From: a virus
DNA: 64,000 nucleotides
IMG/VR virus record: IMGVR_UViG_3300027976_000033
Reading direction: 5' to 3' (one strand)
The translations under genes were made by a program, and so were the position numbers. A model generated the notes under the pieces. It saw only the letters and a list, made by a program, of their open reading frames with translations. It did not search any database and was not told the origin of the DNA. How positions within the stretch are numbered: the stretch's first letter is position 1; every line of letters begins with the position of its first letter. Positions 35,556-45,786 of this stretch are shown here, piece after piece.

Positions 35556-35804
35556 ATGAAAATATTAGCGCGTATTGTTAACTGGTCTGTCATAGTAATA
35601 AACAGTGTACTAGAATTTATAAGAGTATCATGGCGACCAGCAGCTTGCATTGGTATGGCTGGAAGTGTTATTATTCATGGAATATATTTACCATTATCTA
35701 CAGGTGTCAGTGCTGATTTGATAGGCCTTACTGGATTGATAACGGCCGTAGTTGCAGGATTTGCCATAAGAGAATATGGTAAACTTAAGGGAACTATCGA
35801 GTAA
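35556..35804 (+). CDS. small membrane protein
   Basis: RBS AGGAGA; 2-3 predicted TM segments. Confidence 0.45.
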   Translation: MKILARIVNWSVIVINSVLEFIRVSWRPAACIGMAGSVIIHGIYLPLSTGVSADLIGLTGLITAVVAGFAIREYGKLKGTIE

Positions 35805-35848
35805 ATTGTATATATAGTTTAGTATTACATTATGTGAGCAATTTAAAT

Positions 35849-36871
35849 ATGTACTCCTGGATAGATACTAAATATATCAATCTACTTTCACCAAAACTTC
35901 AAATGTTTAAAAGATCGGGCGGATCCTATAATTTTAGGTGTCCGATCTGTGGTGACTCTCGAAAATCAAAAACTAAAGCGCGCGGTTGGATTTATCCAAA
36001 GGACGGACATGTGAGATTTCACTGTCATAATTGCAATGCGAGTATGAAGTTCAAATATTTTCTTAAACAGATAGACAATCCGCTTTATTATGAATATCTG
36101 AAAGAGGTTCTTGTGGATAAAGATGGTCCTAAGAAAGAAACCGATCTTCAGCAATTTGTTAATAAAATGAAAAAGCCAGTCTTTGCAAAGACAACTAAAA
36201 TTGCTGATCTTAAAAAGATATCACAATTGGCGCCAGATCATCCTGCTAAATTATATGTGATGAAAAGAAGAATTCCACCACACGTTCATCATAAACTATA
36301 CTATGCACCAAAATTTAAAGCATGGACAAATAGCCAAATAGCAAACAAATTTGAAAGTCTAGAATTCGATGATGGTAGAATTATCATTCCACTTCTAGAC
36401 GAAGCTGGCGACATGTTTGGCTATCAGGGTAGGTCTCTAAAGAAGAACGATAATATGAAATATATTACAATTTTGCTTAATGATGACAGACCTAAAGTTT
36501 TTGGATTAGATAGCATAGATAAATCCAAGCGTGTTTATGTCTTAGAGGGTCCGTTGGATGCATTGTTTCTTAGTAACTCTATAGCATCATGTGGGGGCAA
36601 ACTTGAAACAAACATTGAAGCATGTGATATCGAAAATCATGTTATTGTTTATGACAATGAACCACGTGGAAAAGAAACAATTCGCAAAATGGAAGATTCA
36701 ATTAATGCTGGACACAACATTTGCATATGGCCAAATGATATCATTCAAAAAGATATAAACGATATGGTGTTGGCTGGATTCACTCCATTAGAAATAAAAA
36801 ATATCATAAATGAAAACACGTACGATAATTTGTCAGCGAAAATGCAAATGTTAGAATGGAAAAAGATATGA
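35849..36871 (+). CDS. 61: DNA primase gp61
   Basis: zinc ribbon FRCPICGDSRKSKTKARGW...HCHNCN and TOPRIM VLEGPLDALFL...DNEPRG align with T4 gp61. Confidence 0.9.
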   Translation: MYSWIDTKYINLLSPKLQMFKRSGGSYNFRCPICGDSRKSKTKARGWIYPKDGHVRFHCHNCNASMKFKYFLKQIDNPLYYEYLKEVLVDKDGPKKETDLQQFVNKMKKPVFAKTTKIADLKKISQLAPDHPAKLYVMKRRIPPHVHHKLYYAPKFKAWTNSQIANKFESLEFDDGRIIIPLLDEAGDMFGYQGRSLKKNDNMKYITILLNDDRPKVFGLDSIDKSKRVYVLEGPLDALFLSNSIASCGGKLETNIEACDIENHVIVYDNEPRGKETIRKMEDSINAGHNICIWPNDIIQKDINDMVLAGFTPLEIKNIINENTYDNLSAKMQMLEWKKI

Positions 36872-37113
36872 CTATTAATGAAGAAGTAGATGATTTTATC
36901 AACGGTTTGCCAGAAGCACCTGACAAAAGAGTATATATAGTTTTATATAATACTGACTTCCACAAAAACTTTATGAAAAGAATTTGTGAATTGAGATCAG
37001 AAGAATATGCCGAACGCGTGACGCTTTTAGATAAAAATGCGGCCATAGCTGGGCGGCGGGATTTATGGATTTTTAAACCAACACACTATTATGTTGGTAA
37101 TGGCTACAATTGA
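36856..37113 (+). CDS. hypothetical protein
   Basis: ORF. Confidence 0.4.
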   Translation: MEKDMTINEEVDDFINGLPEAPDKRVYIVLYNTDFHKNFMKRICELRSEEYAERVTLLDKNAAIAGRRDLWIFKPTHYYVGNGYN

Positions 37114-37122
37114 GGATAAACA

Positions 37123-37623
37123 ATGATGAATTTTAATGAATTTGTAATAGAACAGAAAGGTGATCACAAAGATGGAACATACATTTCTGTTAAATTGAAT
37201 AAGCAAGACTCAGCAAAGCTTGACTTTTGGGCAACTGAAAATGGAATAAAGAATCTTATAGACCCTTCAGAATATCATACCACAGTAATATATTCAAAGA
37301 AGGGCATACCAGATTCTAAAGGATATGATCTTGATCTTCCAATAGAAGCTAAAATATCCGGATGGGAAATATTTGATTCACAGGGAAGTACCAAATGTCT
37401 AGTTGGTGTATTAGACAGCAAAGAATTAGTAAAGCATCACAACAACATCATGAGCACATATAAGGGTACTTATGATTTTCCGAAATATATTCCACATATC
37501 ACACTAACATATAATAATGCAGATCGTGGCATTCCAAAAGAACTACCCGATTTTAATCTTAAGTTTGATACTAGAGATTTTCAACCCATTCGACCAGATT
37601 TTATACCGAAAAGCAAATCATAA
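37123..37623 (+). CDS. 2H phosphoesterase superfamily protein (LigT/cyclic phosphodiesterase-like)
   Basis: two H-x-T-x motifs: HTTVIY and HITLTY. Confidence 0.55.
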   Translation: MMNFNEFVIEQKGDHKDGTYISVKLNKQDSAKLDFWATENGIKNLIDPSEYHTTVIYSKKGIPDSKGYDLDLPIEAKISGWEIFDSQGSTKCLVGVLDSKELVKHHNNIMSTYKGTYDFPKYIPHITLTYNNADRGIPKELPDFNLKFDTRDFQPIRPDFIPKSKS

Positions 37624-38660
37624 TGAGAATTGAAACTGAAGAATATCTTGATTTTTCACAAGTTCTTCTTAAGCCAAAAAGATCTAAATTGACTTCTAGA
37701 CTTCAGGCTAACATTACTAGAAATTTTAAATTCCTCTATTCAAATATAGATTTTAATGACTGTACTCCGATAATTGCTGCTAATATGACTACTGTTGGAA
37801 CATTTGAAACTGCTAAAGTGTTATCAGATAATGCAATGCCAACATGCATACACAAATTTTATAACATTGATGAACTAGAAGCTTTTTTTAAAATAGATAC
37901 TAACAGAGAATTTTTCTATACTATGGGGTCGGGTCAAGAAGAATATGATAAGTATGTTACACTGATATCGAAGATTGGTTATACTCCAAACGTGTGTATC
38001 GATGTTGCAAACGGATATTCGGAAAGCTTTGTAAAATATGTGTCTAAAGTTAGAGCGTTTGTTGAAAATAATGCCACAATCATGGCTGGAAATGTTGCAA
38101 CACCAGAAATTACAGAAGAATTAATTCTGAATGGTGCCGATATTGTAAAAGCTGGAATCGGTTCAGGGGCACTTTGTACAACTCGTTTAGTTACAGGTGT
38201 TGGCATACCACAATTTTCATGTGTTGCTGAATGTGCTGATGCTGCTCATGGTGTTGGTGGTATGCTTTGTTCAGACGGCGGGATTACATGTCCGGGTGAT
38301 GTTGTAAAAGCTTTTGGTGCAGGCGCTGATTTTGTGATGGTTGGATCTGAGTTTGCTGGCCATACTGAAAATTCGGATTCTGGTAATAATGTTACAATAT
38401 ATGGTATGAGTTCATCCATGGCTCAAGAGAAACACTACACAGAAAATAAATCATACAGATCAAGTGAAGGCCGAGAAGCTGTTATAGAATTCAGAGGCGA
38501 TATACAAGACACACTAAATTATTATTTTGGTGGGCTTCGCTCTGGAATGACATATATTGGAGCTCAAAACATTAAAGAGATTCCAAAAAGAGCAACCTTT
38601 ATCAAAGTGTCTAAAATATTAAATGAGACACATCTACACAATACCGTAAGGATTAAATAA
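37623..38660 (+). CDS. guaC: GMP reductase (IMPDH/GMPR family)
   Basis: catalytic loop [11 protein letters not shown]; 345 aa, the GuaC size, without CBS insert. Confidence 0.75.
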   Translation: MRIETEEYLDFSQVLLKPKRSKLTSRLQANITRNFKFLYSNIDFNDCTPIIAANMTTVGTFETAKVLSDNAMPTCIHKFYNIDELEAFFKIDTNREFFYTMGSGQEEYDKYVTLISKIGYTPNVCIDVANGYSESFVKYVSKVRAFVENNATIMAGNVATPEITEELILNGADIVKAGIGSGALCTTRLVTGVGIPQFSCVAECADAAHGVGGMLCSDGGITCPGDVVKAFGAGADFVMVGSEFAGHTENSDSGNNVTIYGMSSSMAQEKHYTENKSYRSSEGREAVIEFRGDIQDTLNYYFGGLRSGMTYIGAQNIKEIPKRATFIKVSKILNETHLHNTVRIK

Positions 38661-39391
38661 TGACCGAACCAGTATCACTAGTATCGCTATCTTCACCATC
38701 AGCTGAAACTGACTGTAAAACGGCTGAAGAATTGATTGCTTATGTAGCAAGAGTAAGTGCGAAAGAAAATCAGGGAAATAAATCGACAGCACAATCTCTA
38801 ATTAATTTTTTAATTACTCATAATCATTGGTCTCCATTAGAGATGGTTAATATGACATTGGAAATTAATACTACGAGAGACATTGCACGACAATTACTTC
38901 GTCATAGATCATTTTCGTTTCAAGAATTTAGTCAGAGGTATGCTGAAGTAAATACTGATGATTTTGTTTTGAGAGAAGCGAGATTACAAGATTCAAAAAA
39001 CAGACAAAATAGTATGAAGTCGCATGATATGGGTCTACAGACTGAGTGGAACAAAAAACAACAAAGTGTTATTAGAGCTGCAACAGAAGCATATGAATGG
39101 GCAGCAGCACATAATATCGCTAAAGAACAGCGCCGCGTTGTTTTACCAGAAGGACTAACACCATCTAGAATGTATATGCAAGGCAATATACGCTCGTGGC
39201 TACACTATTGTTTATTGAGAATGGGGAATGGTACTCAATTAGAACACATAATGATAGCAAATAGAGTGTGGTTAATTCTTCATCAACATTTTCCAAACAT
39301 AACAAAAATATTTCATGAGCATCAAAGAGAAATTCAAAATATTCTCCTAGCTTATGATAATGAACAAGATGCCTATCAGAATGCAAAATAA
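38660..39391 (+). CDS. thyX: flavin-dependent thymidylate synthase ThyX
   Basis: ThyX signature RHRSFSFQEFSQRY (RHR-x7-S). Confidence 0.85.
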   Translation: MTEPVSLVSLSSPSAETDCKTAEELIAYVARVSAKENQGNKSTAQSLINFLITHNHWSPLEMVNMTLEINTTRDIARQLLRHRSFSFQEFSQRYAEVNTDDFVLREARLQDSKNRQNSMKSHDMGLQTEWNKKQQSVIRAATEAYEWAAAHNIAKEQRRVVLPEGLTPSRMYMQGNIRSWLHYCLLRMGNGTQLEHIMIANRVWLILHQHFPNITKIFHEHQREIQNILLAYDNEQDAYQNAK

Positions 39392-39659
39392 TAGATTACA
39401 TATAGTGTGCGATTGTAACACTTTAGAACATCAAATTGTATTTGATTATGATGATGACGAATATTATCTCATGGTTCATTTATCTAAAAAGTCATTTTTT
39501 AGAAGATTCATCCATGCAATCAAATATATAATAGGCTATCAATCACAAAATGGCGCATTTGATGAGGTTCTTATAGGAACATCAGATTTAGATAGAATAA
39601 TAGAGCACATGAAAAAATATAAAAATAAGGACCAACATGTCACAAATACACGTAATTAA
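39354..39659 (+). CDS. hypothetical protein
   Basis: ORF. Confidence 0.4.
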   Translation: MIMNKMPIRMQNNRLHIVCDCNTLEHQIVFDYDDDEYYLMVHLSKKSFFRRFIHAIKYIIGYQSQNGAFDEVLIGTSDLDRIIEHMKKYKNKDQHVTNTRN

Positions 39660-41253
39660 AAGAGACGGCTCAAAAGAACTCTTAGATATAGAAAAAATTC
39701 ACAAAGTATTATATTGGGCATGTGAGGATATTACTGGCGTTTCAGTATCTGAAATTGAACTGAAATCAGAAATTCAGTTTTATACCAACATAGAGACTGC
39801 GACGATTCATGAAACCATGATTCGATCTGCTGCCGAACTTATCACTGAAGACTCACCGAATTATCAATATGTTGCTGGTAGACTTATAAACTATCATCTT
39901 AGAAAACAAATCTATGGTTCACATAAAGTTCCTAATCTCTTTGAACATTACAAAAAGATAACAGATCTTGGGTATTACGATAAACAGCTAATGGATTTAT
40001 ATGATGTGGATGAGTGGGAATATTTAGATAAAATAATAGATCATTCGCGTGATGATGATATTGCATATGCCGGCATGGAACAGTTGCGCGGCAAGTATCT
40101 TGTTAAGGATAGAGCATCTAGTGAAATATTTGAGACACCACAAATAGCGTTCATGTTGATTTCAATGACTCTATTTTCTCATTATAATAAATACAATAGG
40201 ATGAAGTGGGTTAAAGATTTATATAATGCTATATCACAATTCGATATAAGTTTACCTACTCCCATTATGGCTGGCGTCAGAACTCCTGACAGACAATTCA
40301 GCTCTTGTGTATTGATTGAAAGTGGAGATTCTTTGGATTCAATTAATGCTACTTCGTCTGCTACAGTTAAATACGTATCTCAGAAAGCTGGCATTGGCCT
40401 TGGCGCAGGTCGTATCCGTGCCCTTAAATCTCGTATTAGGAACGGCGCTGCTGTGCACACTGGGGTTATTCCTTTTTATAAGCTCTTTGCTTCTTCTGTT
40501 AAATCCTGCAATCAGGGCGGAGTTCGCGGGGGGTCTGCGACACTTCACACAGTTATTTGGCATAAGGAAATAGATGATATTCTTGCTCTGAAGAGCAATA
40601 AGAAAACAGTAGAAACTAGCTGTAGAAATTTGGATTATTCCATTCAATTGTCTAGACTGTTTTATGATAGACTTATTAGTGGCGGCGATATAACACTGTT
40701 TTGTCCAAATGATGTTCCAGATTTATACGATGCGTTTTTTAAAGATCAAGACGAATTCGATAGATTGTATGTTAAGTACGAAAAATCTTATAAGATTGAA
40801 AAGACGACTGTTCCAGCGATTGAAGTATTTTCTAAACTGATGCAAGAAAGAAAAGAAACTGGTCGCATATATTTCATGAATGTGGATCATTGTAATACAC
40901 ACAGTTCATTCAAACAAGATTTAGCTCCAATTAGAATGAGCAATCTCTGTCTATCAGGAAATACTGATATTGTTATAATGAATGATAATGGTGAGATCAA
41001 AGATATTAAAATTAAAGATTCTATTGTTGGTGATAAAATATATTCCCGTGATTTAAACAAAGGCAAGGACGAATTTCGCGAAATTAAAGCTTTCGCGAAA
41101 ACCGCACAAGACGCTAGTGTTATGAAAATTACTGATGAAGAAACAGGTAAATTTATCATTTGTACACCAGAACATAAAATATACACACAAAATCGTGGAT
41201 ATGTGATGGCTGAGGATCTTCTTGAAAGCGACATTTTAAAGTTTCAGGATTAG
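39637..41253 (+). CDS. nrdA: ribonucleotide reductase alpha subunit NrdA, N-terminal fragment: N-extein (39637-40947) plus split-intein N half (40948-41250)
   Basis: ATP-cone, class I RNR core; ends ...PIRMSNL|CLSGNTDIV... (E. coli SNLCLEI site). Confidence 0.9.
   Translation: MSQIHVIKRDGSKELLDIEKIHKVLYWACEDITGVSVSEIELKSEIQFYTNIETATIHETMIRSAAELITEDSPNYQYVAGRLINYHLRKQIYGSHKVPNLFEHYKKITDLGYYDKQLMDLYDVDEWEYLDKIIDHSRDDDIAYAGMEQLRGKYLVKDRASSEIFETPQIAFMLISMTLFSHYNKYNRMKWVKDLYNAISQFDISLPTPIMAGVRTPDRQFSSCVLIESGDSLDSINATSSATVKYVSQKAGIGLGAGRIRALKSRIRNGAAVHTGVIPFYKLFASSVKSCNQGGVRGGSATLHTVIWHKEIDDILALKSNKKTVETSCRNLDYSIQLSRLFYDRLISGGDITLFCPNDVPDLYDAFFKDQDEFDRLYVKYEKSYKIEKTTVPAIEVFSKLMQERKETGRIYFMNVDHCNTHSSFKQDLAPIRMSNLCLSGNTDIVIMNDNGEIKDIKIKDSIVGDKIYSRDLNKGKDEFREIKAFAKTAQDASVMKITDEETGKFIICTPEHKIYTQNRGYVMAEDLLESDILKFQD
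40948..41250 (+). other. split-intein N half (IntN, 101 aa) in nrdA
   Basis: Cys start, block B TPEHKIYT, ends at stop. Confidence 0.8.
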
Positions 41254-41401
41254 TTGGAATATGTTCCATATTACAAATGTAAGAAACAAAAATCGTAACT
41301 GGAAAAAAATGGTTTTTTTGTAAAGACATAAAAAGCAATAGATTGTGTCATGAACATGAATTAGATATAAAATTAAACTGGAAAAAGGGTAGAATGACAT
41401 C

Positions 41402-41503
41402 ATGGGATTAAGACTAGAATATTTAACTGATGTAGAAGATGTTTATGACGTAACGGTTGATAAAAATTTAAATTTTTATGCTAATGGTATTTTAGTTCAT
41501 AAT
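41402..41503 (+). other. split-intein C half (IntC, 34 aa) in nrdA
   Basis: blocks F/G, terminal HN, +1 Cys. Confidence 0.8.
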
Positions 41504-42667
41504 TGTCAAGAAATAACATTACCAACTCATCCACTTACTAGCATCCACGATGGAGAACCATCTAAAGAGCCAGTTCAAATTAACTGGAGTGATTGGGACG
41601 CATATGAAGAATTCAAAATATCGAATTCAGATTATGTTTACAAGCGCGGAAAGGGTCAGCACACCGACACATTTGCTTATGAAGTCATAAATTATATCAA
41701 TTTTGATAGCGCTTATAGGTGTGTTTACGAATTAGCTGAGAGTGATTCTAAAGCAGAAATTGCACTATGTACATTGGGAGCAATCAATTGGGGCAAAATT
41801 AAAAAACCTGAAGATTTCATGAAGCCAGCTAGATTGTTGGTTAGAGCTTTAGATGCACTATTAGATTATCAGTCGTATCCAGTTAAAGCTGCTGAAAATG
41901 CAACCATGAATAGAAGGCCACTTGGAATTGGTATCATCAATTTTGCATATTGGATCGCTAAGAATGGTATGACATATAGTGAACCAAATTTAGAGCTCAT
42001 CCACGAATACGCCGAAGCATGGTCATATTATTTGATTAGAGCATCTGTAGAATTAGCAGAAGATTTTGGTCCATGCCCACTATCACACCAGACAAAATAT
42101 GATGACGGTATTATGCCAATTCATACATACAAAGAAGCTGTTGATGAATTAGTAAACCCAGACTATAAATTGGATTGGAATGAACTATCAGAAAGATTGA
42201 AGAAGAGCAAGATTAGAAATTCTACATTAATGGCTCTAATGCCATCAGAAACATCTTCTCAAGTTTCTAATTCTACTAATGGTATTGACCCTATCAGAGA
42301 GATAGTTTCTATTAAACAATCTAAAGATGGTGTACTAGCACAAGTTGCGCCGGAGCCAATTAAATTTAAGAACAAGTATGAAAAGATGTGGGATGCTAAA
42401 ACACCACACGGTTATATAAAAATTATGGCAGTACTTCAAAAGTTCATTGATCAATCTATCTCAACAAATACGACTTATAATCCAGAGCATTATCCAGATG
42501 AGATGCTGTCTGAGGCTGGATTGCTTACAGACATGTTGATGATGTATAAATATGGTATCAAGACAGCATATTATTTTAATACAAATGACGATGCTGGAGA
42601 GATAGAAGTCCCTGATGCCGACGTTGAAGCAATGGAAGATGAAACGTGCGACGCTTGCGCGATATAA
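41402..42667 (+). CDS. nrdA: NrdA C-terminal fragment: IntC (41402-41503) plus C-extein (41504-42667)
   Basis: MGLRLEYLTDVEDVYDVTVDKNLNFYANGILVHN|CQEITLPT; the extein restores the catalytic NLCxEIxLPT motif. Confidence 0.9.
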   Translation: MGLRLEYLTDVEDVYDVTVDKNLNFYANGILVHNCQEITLPTHPLTSIHDGEPSKEPVQINWSDWDAYEEFKISNSDYVYKRGKGQHTDTFAYEVINYINFDSAYRCVYELAESDSKAEIALCTLGAINWGKIKKPEDFMKPARLLVRALDALLDYQSYPVKAAENATMNRRPLGIGIINFAYWIAKNGMTYSEPNLELIHEYAEAWSYYLIRASVELAEDFGPCPLSHQTKYDDGIMPIHTYKEAVDELVNPDYKLDWNELSERLKKSKIRNSTLMALMPSETSSQVSNSTNGIDPIREIVSIKQSKDGVLAQVAPEPIKFKNKYEKMWDAKTPHGYIKIMAVLQKFIDQSISTNTTYNPEHYPDEMLSEAGLLTDMLMMYKYGIKTAYYFNTNDDAGEIEVPDADVEAMEDETCDACAI

Positions 42668-42680
42668 TGAGAGTAATTTA

Positions 42681-43775
42681 ATGTCTGTTTTCAATTTAAA
42701 TAATAAGACGCCACATCATAAGAGAACTATGTTCTTTGGAGAATCTGTTGATGTGGCAAGATACGATAAGTTTAAATATCCACAATTCGACAAACTAAAC
42801 GATAAGCAATTATCATTCTTTTGGAGACCTGAAGAAATAGATATATCTAAGGACTTCAAGGATTTTAAAACTTTAAATTCGCATGAACAGCATATGTTTA
42901 CTGCTAATCTAAAAAGACAAATTCTGTTAGATTCTGTTCAGGGTAGAGCGCCTTCTTTAGCATTTCTTCCTATAGTATCATTACCAGAATTGGAAAATTG
43001 GATTACTACATGGACTTTCTCTGAAACGATTCACTCTAAATCTTACACACATTTAATTAAAAATATCTATTCAGATCCGTCTAAGGTTTTTGATGAAATA
43101 AAAGAAATAACTGAAATCATCGATTGCGCTAAGGACATCAGTAAATATTATGATGATTTGATTTTGTGTAATAGTATGTTGAGTCCTCATTCAGCCCACG
43201 CTATTACTACATACGAACACAAAAAGGCTCTATGGCTTTGTCTGAATGCTGTGAATGCTCTTGAGGGAATTCGTTTCTATGTAAGCTTTGCAATTTCGTG
43301 GAACTTTGCAGAACTTAAGAAGATGGAAGGCAATGCAAAGATTATTAAATTCATTGCAAGAGATGAAAATTTACATTTAGCATCCACACAACAGATGATA
43401 AAGCTATTACCAAGTGATGATAAAGATTTCAAAAAGATAGAAAAAGAATGCCAACCAGAAGTTATTCAAATGTTTACTGATGTGGTAAATCAAGAAAGAG
43501 ATTGGGCAAAATATGTCTTTAAAGACGGTTCCATGATCGGCATCAATGAAGCACTTTCAGTAGAATATTTGGAATGGATAGCAAATAAAAGAATGCTAGC
43601 AATAGGTCTACCATCTCCATATAAAGGTGGTTCCAATCCACTCCCATGGACACAAAAATGGATTGCTGGCTCCGATGTCCAGACAGCCCCCCAACAAACT
43701 CAGATATCCAGTTATACAATCGGGGCTGTTAAAAAAGACATTCAAGATGATACATTTAAAGGATTTTCATTATAA
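42681..43775 (+). CDS. nrdB: ribonucleotide reductase beta subunit NrdB
   Basis: di-iron ferritin-like R2 protein (EGIRFYVSFA, ARDENLH); follows nrdA. Confidence 0.9.
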   Translation: MSVFNLNNKTPHHKRTMFFGESVDVARYDKFKYPQFDKLNDKQLSFFWRPEEIDISKDFKDFKTLNSHEQHMFTANLKRQILLDSVQGRAPSLAFLPIVSLPELENWITTWTFSETIHSKSYTHLIKNIYSDPSKVFDEIKEITEIIDCAKDISKYYDDLILCNSMLSPHSAHAITTYEHKKALWLCLNAVNALEGIRFYVSFAISWNFAELKKMEGNAKIIKFIARDENLHLASTQQMIKLLPSDDKDFKKIEKECQPEVIQMFTDVVNQERDWAKYVFKDGSMIGINEALSVEYLEWIANKRMLAIGLPSPYKGGSNPLPWTQKWIAGSDVQTAPQQTQISSYTIGAVKKDIQDDTFKGFSL

Positions 43776-43798
43776 TTTGGAAAATACCGGAATATAAT

Positions 43799-44536
43799 TT
43801 GATTCAAGTGGAACCAACATTACATTCATTAGAAAATTGCTGCCACTGGAACGTAGATAAACAAATAGAGTTAGTGGGTGGTGAATCTATAAGAGGCGTA
43901 TATGTATTACATTCAGACGTTCTGAATGATTATCAATATATAGATCATACAGTTTGGAAATTTGGAAACTGTGTTGTAGATATAACACCATTCGAAGATA
44001 ATCGACAATATAATTGCTTTTATCCGATTAACATACATTTTAAAAATGTATATGGAATAGAAATTTATGATATAATAAATAATTGTAGTTTCATGAATAA
44101 GGATACTGTAATGTCGTATTATGTCTATGGATTATTAGACCCAATAACAAAACATGTGTTTTATGTTGGAAATGGTAAAGGTGATAGATCTGAATCACAT
44201 TTTTCAGAACAAACGATTAAAAAATATAAATTTAGAAAAGATAAAAATATTCATGATAGAAAAATGGATAAAATTATCTCTCTAAGTTCTAAAGGTTTAG
44301 AACCAATTGTAATTTATTACGCAGAAAATATTGAGAATGAAACAGTAGCATATCAGTACGAAGAAAAGATAATAAGAAAATTCGGAAGAAGAGATATAGA
44401 TGACGGTGGAATATTATTAAATATCTGTCTAGGTTCAAATCCACCCAATCACAGCGGAAAAACATATTCTGAAATTATGGCTCCTAAAGCTACTATTAAA
44501 CTAAAAGAAAGAAAATTACCATATGAAGTGGCATGA
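43799..44536 (+). CDS. GIY-YIG homing endonuclease-like protein with about 100-aa N-terminal extension
   Basis: YVYGLLDPITKHVFYVGNGKGDRSESHF GIY-YIG core located centrally in the protein. Confidence 0.55.
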   Translation: MIQVEPTLHSLENCCHWNVDKQIELVGGESIRGVYVLHSDVLNDYQYIDHTVWKFGNCVVDITPFEDNRQYNCFYPINIHFKNVYGIEIYDIINNCSFMNKDTVMSYYVYGLLDPITKHVFYVGNGKGDRSESHFSEQTIKKYKFRKDKNIHDRKMDKIISLSSKGLEPIVIYYAENIENETVAYQYEEKIIRKFGRRDIDDGGILLNICLGSNPPNHSGKTYSEIMAPKATIKLKERKLPYEVA

Positions 44537-44669
44537 ATGCACAGAGTGCGGTGCGGAGTTTAGAATTGTTGCCGACACACATATACATCCAGAGTTTTGT
44601 CCGTTTTGCGCGACAGAGCTTCCCGTAGAAGACGACGAAGACGACGAAGACGAGGATGATGACTATTAA
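44523..44669 (+). CDS. small zinc-ribbon protein with poly-acidic tail
   Basis: CTEC...CPFC then DDEDDEDEDDDY; 48 aa. Confidence 0.35.
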   Translation: MKWHECTECGAEFRIVADTHIHPEFCPFCATELPVEDDEDDEDEDDDY

Positions 44670-44710
44670 AATCTAATAAATATATTTTTAATACAACAAA
44701 GATTGAAAAT

Positions 44711-45130
44711 ATGAATTGGATTTACGAAGGCGTCGAGTTTGAGAATGATGGAGAATATTATGGATTTATCTATTTAATAGAAAACATAACCAGTGGTAAG
44801 AAATATATCGGAAGAAAGTTTCTAACTAAAGCTGGATATAAAACCGTCAAAAAGAAAAGAAAAAAAATTAGAGTAGAATCCGATTGGAAAGATTACTACG
44901 GCTCGTCGCTGTCATTAAAAAAAGACATTGATGAACTTGGGGTCGAAAATTTTAAAAGAACGATTTTAAAGCTATGCAAATCTAGAGGTGAATGTAATTA
45001 CCAAGAAGCAAAAATGATTTTTGAAGCTGATGCTGTTATTGATGATAATTACTATAATAACTGGGTTTCGGCAAAAGTACATCGAGGGCATGTATTAGCT
45101 TTAGTTTTTAATAGTGCGGAGAATTTATGA
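44711..45130 (+). CDS. GIY-YIG homing endonuclease (Seg-like)
   Basis: GFIYLIENITSGKKYIGRK = GIY-x10-YIG-x-R near N-terminus. Confidence 0.7.
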   Translation: MNWIYEGVEFENDGEYYGFIYLIENITSGKKYIGRKFLTKAGYKTVKKKRKKIRVESDWKDYYGSSLSLKKDIDELGVENFKRTILKLCKSRGECNYQEAKMIFEADAVIDDNYYNNWVSAKVHRGHVLALVFNSAENL

Positions 45131-45512
45131 CGTGGGTAAAATATTAGAACATAAGCATTTGATTATTACAGGAAGAATTAACAATCCACCGCGAGATACG
45201 GTATATATAGATATGTGGATGAAAAAACTTGTTAATTCTATTGGTATGAAAATATTAATGGGGCCGTATTCAGTTTATTCTAAAATAGCCGGTAATCGAG
45301 GACTTACATCAGTAACGATCATAGAAACATCACATATCGCACTCCATGTCTGGGATGAAGAAGAACCTGGAAAGCTCCAACTTGATGTATATTCATGCAG
45401 CACATTGGACGTTGATGTAGTATTGAAAGCAATAGACGAATTTGAGCCGCAGAACATGAATTACTATCTGATCGATAGAGATCAAGAACTAAAATTAATA
45501 GCATCACAATAA
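45114..45512 (+). CDS. pyruvoyl-dependent S-adenosylmethionine decarboxylase (SpeH-type small proenzyme)
   Basis: LTSVTIIETSHIALHVWDEEEPGKLQLDVYSCS matches the AdoMetDC class 1 processing site (E-S-H). Confidence 0.65.
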   Translation: MRRIYDVGKILEHKHLIITGRINNPPRDTVYIDMWMKKLVNSIGMKILMGPYSVYSKIAGNRGLTSVTIIETSHIALHVWDEEEPGKLQLDVYSCSTLDVDVVLKAIDEFEPQNMNYYLIDRDQELKLIASQ

Positions 45513-45519
45513 GGAATAT

Positions 45520-45786
45520 ATGATGGGTAAAAAGAAGCATCGCAGTGGATATACATCCAAGGGCCAAAGAAGAAATGTTAGCAAAGAAAATTGTAAAATG
45601 GTAAAAAATAATGTTAGTGCCGCCGATAAGGCGCTCAACATTATTGAAGCGTGGAGAGCAGGCAAAAATCCATGGATAAGTATTGTCGATATAAATCGTG
45701 CTCAAGGGCGCCAACATACTAGAGTTCGTGCTAACGATTGTTACGGCAATCCGAAATTTCTATCATTAAGACAGGGTAAATCATGA
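45520..45786 (+). CDS. hypothetical basic protein
   Basis: ORF. Confidence 0.4.
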   Translation: MMGKKKHRSGYTSKGQRRNVSKENCKMVKNNVSAADKALNIIEAWRAGKNPWISIVDINRAQGRQHTRVRANDCYGNPKFLSLRQGKS

